From assembly GCA_964437835.1 (NCBI GenBank), contig CAYTJA010000466.1, positions 6,019-70,018 of the forward strand: a stretch of DNA of 64,000 bases, given 5' to 3'. Each line of letters starts with the position of its first letter. Position 1 is the first letter of the stretch. The position numbers and the translations under genes were made by a program. This stretch comes from an uncultured Spirochaetales bacterium. GTDB taxonomy: Bacteria; Myxococcota_A; UBA9160; SMWR01. The notes beneath the pieces are model-generated. The model saw only the letters and a list, made by a program, of their open reading frames with translations. It was not told where the DNA came from and did not search any database. Positions 34,801 through 42,431 of the stretch are shown in pieces.

Positions 34801-35731
34801 GCAGGCGATGCACCCGATCTACAGCTATGCCGCGGTGACCGACTCCGAAGAGGGCCTGATCCTCGTGAACGTCGAGACCCTCGGCGACTTCGAGCCGCGC
34901 AACAACTTCTTCGAGCGCGCACTGACCTGGAATCCCGGCGGCCTGCTGGATGGCGCGCGGCATGCGCACTTCGCGGGGCACCTGCTCTACGTCTCGGCCG
35001 ACACCGGCATCATCGTCGTCGACCTGAACGACCCGCTGCAGCCGAAGGCGCTCGCGCGGATCCCGCTGATCAAGCCGCGCGCGTCGATGCAGCAATTCCG
35101 CTACCTCTTCGCGGTCGACCTCGAGGGTTTCAAGGTCGTCGATGTGACGAACCCCGCCGCACCGCGCCTCCTGCCCGGCTCGAGCGTGCGCCTCGCCGAC
35201 GCGCGGCGCGTCTTCGTCTCGCGCACCTACGCCTACGTTGCCGCGGGCCGCGAGGGTCTCGTGATCATCGACGTCGAGCGCCCCGAAGAGCCGCGCATCG
35301 CGCAGCGCTTCGACGCGGGCGGCCAGCTCTCCGACGCGCGCGACGTGATCGTCTCGACGACCAACGCCTCGCTCTTCGCCTACGTCGCCGACGGCGTGAA
35401 CGGCCTCAAGGTGCTGCAGCTGACTTCGCCCGAGAGTCAGCCGCGCCTCTACGGCTTCAGCCCCGAGCCGAAACCCGAGCTGATCGCGTGGCGCAAGACT
35501 GCCTCCCCGGCGCTCTCGCTCTCGCGCCCCCTCGAACGCGACCGCGCGGTCGACGAGACCGGCCACCAGATCGCGGTCTTCGGCCGCGTCGGCTCGCGGC
35601 CCTTCGACCTCGAGGAGATGCAGCAGCTGTATCTCGGCGACGACGAGCGCGTCTGGACCGTCGAGGACGAGGAATCCATCCCGAGCGCTGCGCGGGCGAG
35701 CGGCGGACCCCGCGATCGCTGCCCGCCCTGA
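31838..35731 (+). CDS. secreted decahaem c-type cytochrome fused to a C-terminal LVIVD-repeat (beta-propeller-like) region
   Basis: 1297-aa ORF with a signal peptide. Ten CxxCH motifs: CRSCH, CSDCH, CGACH, CSGCH, CMTCH, CSDCH, CADCH, CFSCH, CGGCH, CTDCH. C-terminal repeats: GLILVNVETL, GIIVVDLNDPLQP, GFKVVDVTNPAAP, GLVIIDVERPEEP, GLKVLQLTSPESQP. Confidence 0.85.
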   Translation: MKLAFPLTTALAAALLAAVAAGAAEGEAPREIAYPSTPPAPEHQDSAQAEAKSAGCRSCHTPMDEASMHATPGVELGCSDCHGGNAETARPAQSFPGGRAYEEAKARAHVQPRYPHAWGLDEEGRRVGPQPVRAYTLYNREAPEFIRFVNPGDLRVAEEACGACHAEIVQANRRSLMATGAMLWGGASYNNGILPFKRYVLGEAYTRDGQPAAIESRFEISPELAKRGVLPRFLPLPAWETIPPMDNFRVFERGGKFNVSQFPEIGLPKSQDDPGKPDIRQSNRGEGTGARIAVPALNIHKTRLNDPLLWFPGTNDNPGDFRASGCSGCHVVYANDREPLHSGLYAAAGHQGQSQSADPTIAERLNASGHKESGHPLKHAFTRAIPTAQCMTCHMHQPNMFVNSYLGYTMWDYEADAPLMWPKQQAYPSIPEMHERLERNPEEANIRGLWGDPEFLSRVWDDVNPQARDTQFADYHGHGWNFRGVFKRNRKGALLDAKGETIPDDLPPKQKWQRAVHLRDIHVEYGMQCSDCHFAQDSHGDGFLKGEVAAAVEIGCADCHGTSRARPTLRTSGPAAPPGGNDLSFLRNADGGARFVWRGERLYQRLVLPPHTEIEVTQVIDTVTRGHPAYNAKAARAKTLERGPGQRWGEAASGCERAHDDEKLACFSCHSSWVTSCGGCHLPIQANWKTERHHYEGGETRNFATYNPQVARDEMFQLGVHGEAKNGIIAPVRSSSALVLSSTDINRNRIYQQQPPVSAGGFSAQAFAPHFPHTVRKTETKTCTDCHVSQRNDNNALMAQLLLLGTNFVNFTGYNAWVGGERHLSAIQVTEWDEPQAVLGSYLHRYAYPDWFAEHEARGRELTRPSPGALDADPGWVASLRRFFQGSFGGHAIYDGTYGHGSGPVGCLQLRGEYLYAAEGPRGMQAYDVASVANKGFSERVVTAPFSPLGQNLRVKSRNATCVALPTTQPIRPERNRQVREAFPENLEQAMHPIYSYAAVTDSEEGLILVNVETLGDFEPRNNFFERALTWNPGGLLDGARHAHFAGHLLYVSADTGIIVVDLNDPLQPKALARIPLIKPRASMQQFRYLFAVDLEGFKVVDVTNPAAPRLLPGSSVRLADARRVFVSRTYAYVAAGREGLVIIDVERPEEPRIAQRFDAGGQLSDARDVIVSTTNASLFAYVADGVNGLKVLQLTSPESQPRLYGFSPEPKPELIAWRKTASPALSLSRPLERDRAVDETGHQIAVFGRVGSRPFDLEEMQQLYLGDDERVWTVEDEESIPSAARASGGPRDRCPP

Positions 35732-35755
35732 TCGCGCGCCCGCGGGCGCGCGGGA

Positions 35756-37093
35756 TCACAGCAATTTGCGCAGCTTCTCGAACGCCGCCGAGGCGCGCGC
35801 GCGGTCGTAGTTTTCGGGATTGTCGAGCTGCTCTGCGAATTTCAGCGCCGCGTCGATCAGGGAGCCGGCCCGCTGCGCCGAAAGCGCGCCCTGCTGCCGC
35901 AGGTTGTCGGCCAGCGCCTGAACCGCGAGCGCGGCCTGCTCGGCCGCGGCGTAGTCGAGATATTCGCCCGAGGCGCCCTCGGCGAGCAGGCTGTCGAGCA
36001 CGCGCCGGATCGCGGCGGCGTCTGGCTTCCACGCGTCGAGGGTCGCGATCGCGGTCTGCAGGCGAGCCAGCATCCGCTGCGCGGCCTGTTGCGCCTCGGC
36101 CGGCCCTTTCGCGGTGGCCTGGTGCAGCGCGCGGAGCTCGCCGCGCAGCGCTTCGGCCTGCTCCGGCGCGGCTGCAACCAGCCCGTGCCGCAGCATCAGG
36201 AAGCTCGCGTCGGAGAGCCGCGGGACGCCGGGCCCGAGGCCGGTGCTCGCGCGCGCGCGCCAGCGGGCCTCGCTCATCGGGTGGTGACAGGCGTGGCAGT
36301 CGAATAGCACCAGCTCGGGCCAGACGCCGTCGTGCCCGCGCCCCGCGTCCAGGAACAGCTCGAGCAGCCGCCGGGCCGCGACCGCCTGCCCGATCGCCCA
36401 GAACTGCGCGCCCTCGGCCGCGCGCTTCCCGCGCGGCGGGTAGCGCTTCGCCGTCGTCTCGGAGTCGAAGTGCGCGGGCTGGGTCAGCGAGAAGACCTGC
36501 AGCTCGAAGCTGATGCGCGGATGGCCCGCGCCCATCAGGCGATGGCCGACGAGCTTGTCGCGCGTGCCGATGTGGCAGGAGCTGCAGAGCTCGGCACGCA
36601 GCAAGGGATCGTCGGTCGGGTACATCCCGTCGCGCAGATTGTCTGCGCGGGAGCGGCCCGAATCGTGCGGCTTCAGCCAGCCCTCGCTGCCGCCGTGACA
36701 GGCCTCGCAGCCGACGCCGCCCGCGAGATCGAACTTCGCGCCGCGGCGCTGCGCGGGCACATGATCCGCATGGCAGTCGAGGCAGAGCGCCGACTCGTGC
36801 GCCGCCCCGATCCCGAGGCTCGCGGCGATCTGCTTGGATTTCTGGTCGAAGAGGTGCTGATAGGCCTTCGCGTGCTGATCTTCCTGCTTCCAGAGCGTGT
36901 ACTCGCTCTGCCAGACCGCTCCCTTGCCGGGCCCGAGCTTGCCGTGACAGGGCGCACCCGCGCAGGACGCGACGCCTTCGTGGCGCTGCCCGTCGGCCTG
37001 CGGAAGCACCGGCTGCGCCGCGACCGCAGCCGCGCAGAGCGCGCCGCACGCGGCCCTGCCACAGAGCGCCCCGAGCTCGCGAATCCCGATCAC
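35756..37093 (-). CDS. multihaem c-type cytochrome (cytochrome c554-like family)
   Basis: 445-aa ORF with a signal peptide. CAGAPCH (CX4CH) plus CLDCH, CEACH, CSSCH, CHACH. Helical C-terminal half. Confidence 0.8.
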   Translation of the reverse strand: MIGIRELGALCGRAACGALCAAAVAAQPVLPQADGQRHEGVASCAGAPCHGKLGPGKGAVWQSEYTLWKQEDQHAKAYQHLFDQKSKQIAASLGIGAAHESALCLDCHADHVPAQRRGAKFDLAGGVGCEACHGGSEGWLKPHDSGRSRADNLRDGMYPTDDPLLRAELCSSCHIGTRDKLVGHRLMGAGHPRISFELQVFSLTQPAHFDSETTAKRYPPRGKRAAEGAQFWAIGQAVAARRLLELFLDAGRGHDGVWPELVLFDCHACHHPMSEARWRARASTGLGPGVPRLSDASFLMLRHGLVAAAPEQAEALRGELRALHQATAKGPAEAQQAAQRMLARLQTAIATLDAWKPDAAAIRRVLDSLLAEGASGEYLDYAAAEQAALAVQALADNLRQQGALSAQRAGSLIDAALKFAEQLDNPENYDRARASAAFEKLRKLL

Positions 37094-37240
37094 GCGCGGA
37101 ATCCTACACCCCCGATCCGAGACCCGGGCGCCCCTCTCGAGGACAGGGAAGCACGCTTTCAGTGCCCGTGAATCCCCTCAAGCCCGGGGGACGATCCCCG
37201 ATACAGAGGGACCTTTCCAGCACGCAGGAGCTTCGCCCCG

Positions 37241-38761
37241 ATGCAGACTCCGGAGGCCCTCCTCGCCAAGCTGCTCGAGCGCGCCGACACGCTGCCCTCG
37301 GTGCCCGCGGTCGCGGCCGAGGTGATGCGCGTCTCGCAGCGCGAGGACTGCAGCATAGACGCGCTGGTGCGCGTGATCTCACTCGACCCCGTGCTCTCGG
37401 GCCGACTGCTCAAGCTCGCGAATTCCTCGGCGGCGGGAAACCGCACGCCGGTCACCCAGCTCTCGCGAGCCGCGATGCTGCTCGGCATGCGCTCGGTCAA
37501 GCTGATGGCGCTCAGCTGCTCGATCGTGTCCGCATTCCCGCAGGACGGTCGCGGCGCCGTCGACCTGCGCGCGCTCTGGCGGCGCAGCGTCGTCCGAGCG
37601 GTTGCCGCGCGCGCGTTTGCGCTGCACCGGAAATCGCCGCTCGCGGACGAGGCCTTTCTGTGCGGCCTGCTCTCGCAGCTGGGCCGCCTCGTGCTCTCGC
37701 AGACCCTTCCGAAGCGCTACGCCGAGGTCGTCCAGCGCGCCGCCGGCGCGTGGCCGAGCGCCGACGACGAGCGCGCTGTCTTCGGCTTCGATGGCGCGGC
37801 GGTAGGTGCGGCGCTGCTGCGTCACTGGTCGCTGCCGGAGCTGCTCTGCGATGCGATCCAGTGCGCTAGCCAGTTCCCGGCCACGCCTGCGAAAGCAGAG
37901 CCGCAGGTCATCGAGCTCGCGCAGCTGGTGCAGCTCGCCGCACACTGTGAAGAGCTCGTCTGCGGACGCGACGCGGCCGCGGCGATGGAAGCTCTCCAGG
38001 AGTTCGCGGAGAGCGAGCACGGGATCGACGCACAGACGCTCGAGAGCCTGCTGCTCGACCTCGAGAGTGGAATCGCGGAGACCGCCGACGCGCTCGAGCT
38101 GCGCGTGCAGAGCGTCCGCATGCAGGAGGTCCTGGAAGCGGCGCAGCAGCAGATCGCTCGCGAGAGCCTGCACCTGGCCTCTGAGCTCGCAGGGCTGCAT
38201 CAGTACAGCGAGACGCTCGAGCGCAAGACCCACGAGCTCGGGGAGCGCGCCACCACCGACGCGCTCACCGGCATCCCGAACCGGGCCTGCTTCGACGCAT
38301 TCCTGCAGCGCTGCATGGACGAAGCCGCACTTGCGAGCCGGCCGCTGCCCTTCGGCATCCTGATGCTCGACGTCGACCACTTCAAGCGCGTCAACGACAG
38401 CTACGGCCATCCCATCGGCGACGAAGTCTTGAAGCTCGTCGCACAGACGCTGCGCAAGGCGATCCGCGGCAGCGAGATCAGCGCGCGTTACGGCGGAGAG
38501 GAATTCGCCGTCGCGTTGCAGTGCAGTCGCCCGGGTCTGGAGATTGCCGCTGAGCGCCTGCGCGGCGCAATCGAGAACGCGAAGCTGCAGGCCGAGGCAG
38601 CGACGATCTCGGTCACCGTGAGTATCGGCGGAGCCTGTGTCGAAGACTTGCGCAGCGCCGACGCGGCACTGCTGATGCAGCGCGCCGACCGCTGCCTCTA
38701 CGCGGCCAAGCACTCCGGGCGCAACCGCGCGGTGGTCCAGCTCGCTTCGGCGGACGAGTAG
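37241..38761 (+). CDS. HDOD domain - GGDEF diguanylate cyclase
   Basis: 506-aa ORF. HDOD-like LPSVPAVAAEVMRVSQRED...LVRVISLDPVLSGRLLKLANS. GGDEF domain with DALTGIPNR, DVDHFKRVNDSYGHPIGD, RYGGEEFAV. Confidence 0.85.
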   Translation: MQTPEALLAKLLERADTLPSVPAVAAEVMRVSQREDCSIDALVRVISLDPVLSGRLLKLANSSAAGNRTPVTQLSRAAMLLGMRSVKLMALSCSIVSAFPQDGRGAVDLRALWRRSVVRAVAARAFALHRKSPLADEAFLCGLLSQLGRLVLSQTLPKRYAEVVQRAAGAWPSADDERAVFGFDGAAVGAALLRHWSLPELLCDAIQCASQFPATPAKAEPQVIELAQLVQLAAHCEELVCGRDAAAAMEALQEFAESEHGIDAQTLESLLLDLESGIAETADALELRVQSVRMQEVLEAAQQQIARESLHLASELAGLHQYSETLERKTHELGERATTDALTGIPNRACFDAFLQRCMDEAALASRPLPFGILMLDVDHFKRVNDSYGHPIGDEVLKLVAQTLRKAIRGSEISARYGGEEFAVALQCSRPGLEIAAERLRGAIENAKLQAEAATISVTVSIGGACVEDLRSADAALLMQRADRCLYAAKHSGRNRAVVQLASADE

Positions 38762-39267
38762 TCGGCCGCGGATTCCGCGTTTCGGGCGGCCCGCGCATCC
38801 AAGGTACGGCGGCCGCGGCGCTCGCGACGCCGGTCGATCCGCAGCAGCCGGCTGCGCCCCGCAGCGTCTCGCGCGCGCAGCCCCGGCTCCGCTGGGCTGC
38901 GCAGCAGCCGCGCGATGCTGATCGCGCAATGGAGCGTGCACGCGCTCCCAAACAGGTAGATCCAGAATTCCGCCATTCGCCTCCCCCAACCCGGGAAGTG
39001 AGTGCCCCGGACGGCGGAAAAAGTGACACTCAGAACCAGGCCTGCGCGCCGAGCCCGCCCCCGGGGTGCGCAACTCCCAGAGGTCGAGGAAGCCGAATTC
39101 CAGCCCTTCGGGTCGACGTCGCGCTGCAAGGAGGTCGCGGCCGGACGGCTCTGATCGCTCAGCGGCTCGTCTGGTCCACGCCGCGGCGAGCGGGCTCGCA
39201 GACGCAGGCGGTTGATGAATCTCCGAAGTTGTTTGAATTCCTGCTCGGTCATGGGATTCTGGGCCAT
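38698..39267 (-). CDS. hypothetical protein (doubtful)
   Basis: 189-aa ORF. ATG 39267 is preceded by ACAGGAGATGCC. An internal ATG at 38976 is preceded by GGGGGAGG and followed by one hydrophobic helix (FWIYLFGSACTLHCAISIARLL). The 3' end overlaps the convergent GGDEF gene by 64 nt. No family recognised. Lies in a lower-G+C gap. Confidence 0.3.
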   Translation of the reverse strand: MAQNPMTEQEFKQLRRFINRLRLRARSPRRGPDEPLSDQSRPAATSLQRDVDPKGWNSASSTSGSCAPRGRARRAGLVLSVTFSAVRGTHFPGWGRRMAEFWIYLFGSACTLHCAISIARLLRSPAEPGLRARDAAGRSRLLRIDRRRERRGRRTLDARAARNAESAADYSSAEASWTTARLRPECLAA

Positions 39268-39307
39268 GGCATCTCCTGTCCGGTGGAAAGCGGGGTCAGT
39301 CTAAGAG

Positions 39308-40243
39308 ATGCAACAGACGCAGGGATCACTTCCGACGGCGATTCTCGGGCGCACGGGCTACGCGACCACGCGCCTCGGCTTCGGTGCGATGGAGCTTGCG
39401 GGCTTCGACCCGAGTGGATCGAGCCTCGACGCCGAGCGGCTCTTGAACTCGGTGCTCGATCTCGGGATCAACCTGATCGATACCGCGCCCGACTACGGCC
39501 AATCCGAAGCGCTGATCGGCGCGCACCTCTCCCGTCGCCGCAGCGAGTTCTTCCTCGCGAGCAAGTGCGGCTGTATCGTCGGCCGCGAACCGAAGCTCGC
39601 GAACGGGCGACTCGAGCACGACTTCAGCCCTGCGAACATCCGCGCGGGCGTCGAACAGAGCCTCTCGCGCATGCGCACCGATCGCCTCGATCTCGTGCAG
39701 CTACATTCGAGCCCATCGCGCGCGCTGCTCGAGAAGCATGGCAGCGTCGAGGCGATGCAGCGGCTGCGCGAAGAGGGCAAGGTTCGCTTCCTCGGCATGT
39801 CGAGCACGCTGCCCGACCTCGCGGATCACATTGCGATGGGCGTCTTCGACGTCTTCCAGATCCCGTACTCCGCGCTGCAGCGCGAGCACGAGGCCGTGAT
39901 CCAGCGCGCAGCAGCAGCGGGAGCGGGCACGATCATCCGCGGTGGCGTCGCGCGCGGCGCGCCCGCGCCCGATCACGACGCCCTGCAGAAGCCGTCCTTC
40001 TGGCGCCCCTTCTCGGAGCAACGCCGCGACATGTGGCAGAGCGCGCGCCTCGACGAGATCCTCGGCGGCCTCTCGCGCATGGAGTTCCTGCTGCGCTTCG
40101 CGCTCGGCCACGCCGGTCTGCACACGACGATCGTCGGCACTGCCAAGCTCGCACACCTCGAGGCGAACGTCGCGGCTGCCGCGAGAGGACCGCTGCCCGC
40201 GGAGCTCCACGCCGAGGCGCTGCGTCGCCTTGGCGCGCCGTGA
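39308..40243 (+). CDS. aldo/keto reductase
   Basis: 311-aa ORF. LGFGAMEL..., INLIDTAPDYGQSEALIG, FLASKCG, and typical AKR C-terminal blocks. Confidence 0.85.
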   Translation: MQQTQGSLPTAILGRTGYATTRLGFGAMELAGFDPSGSSLDAERLLNSVLDLGINLIDTAPDYGQSEALIGAHLSRRRSEFFLASKCGCIVGREPKLANGRLEHDFSPANIRAGVEQSLSRMRTDRLDLVQLHSSPSRALLEKHGSVEAMQRLREEGKVRFLGMSSTLPDLADHIAMGVFDVFQIPYSALQREHEAVIQRAAAAGAGTIIRGGVARGAPAPDHDALQKPSFWRPFSEQRRDMWQSARLDEILGGLSRMEFLLRFALGHAGLHTTIVGTAKLAHLEANVAAAARGPLPAELHAEALRRLGAP

Positions 40244-40251
40244 GGCAAGCG

Positions 40252-42423
40252 ATGCAGACGCACAAGACCTACTGCCGCTTCTGCCATGCGCTCTGCGGCA
40301 TCGAAGTCGACGTCGAGAACGGGCGCGCCGTGGCGCTGCGCGGAGATCGCGACCACCCGATCTCCCGCGGCTTCACCTGCGAGAAGGGGCGGCAGTTGCT
40401 CGAGCAGCACGACCACCCCGAGCGCATCCGCAGCTCGCTGCGGCGGAGAGCCGACGGGAGCTTCGAGACCATCGCGAGCGAGCGCGCGCTGGACGAGATC
40501 GCCGAGAAACTGTCGCGAATCCTGCGCGAGCACGGGCCGCGCGCGATTGCGCTCTACAACGGCACCAAATCGTGGACCAACGTCGGCTACGGGATCTCGC
40601 GCAGCTGGCTCGACGGCATCGGATCGCCCTCGCTCTACACGACCGTCACGATCGACCAGCCCGCGAAGTCGATGGCACGTGCGCTGCACGGCGGCTGGAT
40701 GGCGGGCCACCAGGACATCGCGACGTCGGACGTCGCGCTCTTCATCGGCGGCAATCCGCTGCAATCCTTCAGCAGCGAGCACCTGAAGCTCCCCTGCGCG
40801 AATACCTGGGATTATCTTCGCGACTATCTCCGGCGCGGGCTACAGCTGATCGTGATCGATCCGCGCCGCACGGAGCTCGCGCAGCTCGCGGCGGTGCACC
40901 TGGCGGTGCGGCCCGGGGAGGATCCGACGCTGCTCGCCGGGATGATGCGCGTGATCCTCTCCGAAGCGCGCTTCGATCGGGACTTCGTGGCCGCCTACGC
41001 GAGTGGACTCGATGCGCTGCGCGAGGCGGTCGAGCCCTACACGCTCGCTTACGTCGAGCGGCGCAGCGGCGTTCCGCAGGCCGAGGTCGTCCGGGCCGCA
41101 CGGCTCTATGCGCGCGGGCCGCGCGGCTCGGCGGTCGCGGGCACCGGCGCGAACATGGCGCCGCATCCGCTCGCGACCGAGCTGCTGGTCTGCGCGCTCA
41201 ACACGAGCTGTGGCCGTCACGCGCGAGCCGGAGATCCGCTCGGCCACGCCGGCGTGCTCACGCGCTCGGTTCCGCGGCGCGCGCAGCCGCTTCCGCCGCG
41301 GCCCTTCTGGGGCAAGATCCCCGGTCCGCGCGTGCGCGGGCTTCGCTCGTTCTTCTACGAGCAGCCGACGGCCGCGCTCGCCGACGAGATCCTGACGCCC
41401 GGTGAGGGCCAGATCCGCGCATTCATCTGCAATGGCGGCAACCCCGCGGTAGCGTTTCCCGACCAGCAGAAGGTCGTGCGCGCGCTCGAAGCCCTCGACT
41501 TGCTCGTCGTGCTCGACGTGCAGATGACTCCGACCGCCGAGCTCGCGGATTTCGTAATCGGCTGCAAGCTCTCGCTCGAGAAGCCCGACTACACGCGCCA
41601 CCTCGAGTGGTATTTCCGCGAGCCCTTTGCGCAATTCACGCCGGCGCTGGTCCAGGCCGAAAGCGACGTGCTCGATGAATGGGAGTTCTTCTACGGGCTT
41701 GCGCAGCGCATGGGCGTGCCGCTCTCGCTCGGGCGCGGAGTCTTCGAAGGGCCAGGCGGCGGCCGCCCCGTCGACCTCGCGAACAAGCCCACGACCGAGG
41801 CGCTGATGGAGCTCGAATGCGCGGACGCCTGCGTGTCGCTTGCGGAGCTTCGCAAGCATCCTGGCGGCGCGATCTTCGAATCGGCTCGACGCGATGCGCT
41901 TCCCGCCGATCCCGCGAATACCGCGCGCCTCGAACTGGCGCCCGCGCAGCTCGTGGAGGAATTGCGCGCGATCCGCACAGAGCCGATCGTCCCCGGAGCC
42001 GGCTACCGCGAAGGCGCGCACTTCAGCCACCGCCTGATCAGCCGCCGCATGCGGCAGGTCTTCAATTCGACCGGCGTCCACCTCGACGCCTTGCGCACGC
42101 GCGGCCCCGGAAATCCGGCCTTCATGAACCTCGGCGATATGCGCGATGCGGGCCTCGCAACGGGCGATCTCGTCGAGATCGAATCCGATCACGGCCGCAT
42201 CTGCGCGCTCGCGCGCGAGGACGAGACTCTTCCGCACGGCGTGATCGCGATGGCGCATTCCTGGGGCACGCTGCCGGGCCGCGACGACCTCGCCGGCGAT
42301 CCCGCGCAGGGCGCCTGCACCAACCGTCTGATCGCCTGCGACCGCGACTTCGAGCCCTACTCCGGGCACTGCCGCCAGAGCGCGATCCCGGTGAACATCC
42401 GCCGCGCGGCACGCCGCAACTGA
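40252..42423 (+). CDS. molybdopterin-dependent oxidoreductase (DMSO-reductase superfamily)
   Basis: Track ORF 38929..42423 trimmed to ATG 40252. N-terminal FeS motif CRFCHALCG...C. GGNPxxS-type block (FIGGNPLQSF). C-terminal barrel domain (GDLVEIESDHGRI...). Confidence 0.85.
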   Translation: MQTHKTYCRFCHALCGIEVDVENGRAVALRGDRDHPISRGFTCEKGRQLLEQHDHPERIRSSLRRRADGSFETIASERALDEIAEKLSRILREHGPRAIALYNGTKSWTNVGYGISRSWLDGIGSPSLYTTVTIDQPAKSMARALHGGWMAGHQDIATSDVALFIGGNPLQSFSSEHLKLPCANTWDYLRDYLRRGLQLIVIDPRRTELAQLAAVHLAVRPGEDPTLLAGMMRVILSEARFDRDFVAAYASGLDALREAVEPYTLAYVERRSGVPQAEVVRAARLYARGPRGSAVAGTGANMAPHPLATELLVCALNTSCGRHARAGDPLGHAGVLTRSVPRRAQPLPPRPFWGKIPGPRVRGLRSFFYEQPTAALADEILTPGEGQIRAFICNGGNPAVAFPDQQKVVRALEALDLLVVLDVQMTPTAELADFVIGCKLSLEKPDYTRHLEWYFREPFAQFTPALVQAESDVLDEWEFFYGLAQRMGVPLSLGRGVFEGPGGGRPVDLANKPTTEALMELECADACVSLAELRKHPGGAIFESARRDALPADPANTARLELAPAQLVEELRAIRTEPIVPGAGYREGAHFSHRLISRRMRQVFNSTGVHLDALRTRGPGNPAFMNLGDMRDAGLATGDLVEIESDHGRICALAREDETLPHGVIAMAHSWGTLPGRDDLAGDPAQGACTNRLIACDRDFEPYSGHCRQSAIPVNIRRAARRN

Positions 42424-42431
42424 GAACGAGG

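Noticed and set aside
31814-36513. 907-aa minus ORF (31814..34537) and 1441-aa plus ORF (32188..36513) overlapping the decahaem gene
   Set aside because: Both are alternative or antisense frames of the 31838..35731 gene, which has a signal peptide, ten CxxCH motifs and LVIVD repeats. The competitors are Arg/Pro/Ala low-complexity sequence.
38929-40251. N-terminal extension of the molybdopterin oxidoreductase ORF (38929..42423)
   Set aside because: The extension overlaps the well-supported aldo-keto reductase gene in another frame. The Mo-enzyme FeS motif (CRFCHALCG) begins right after ATG 40252.
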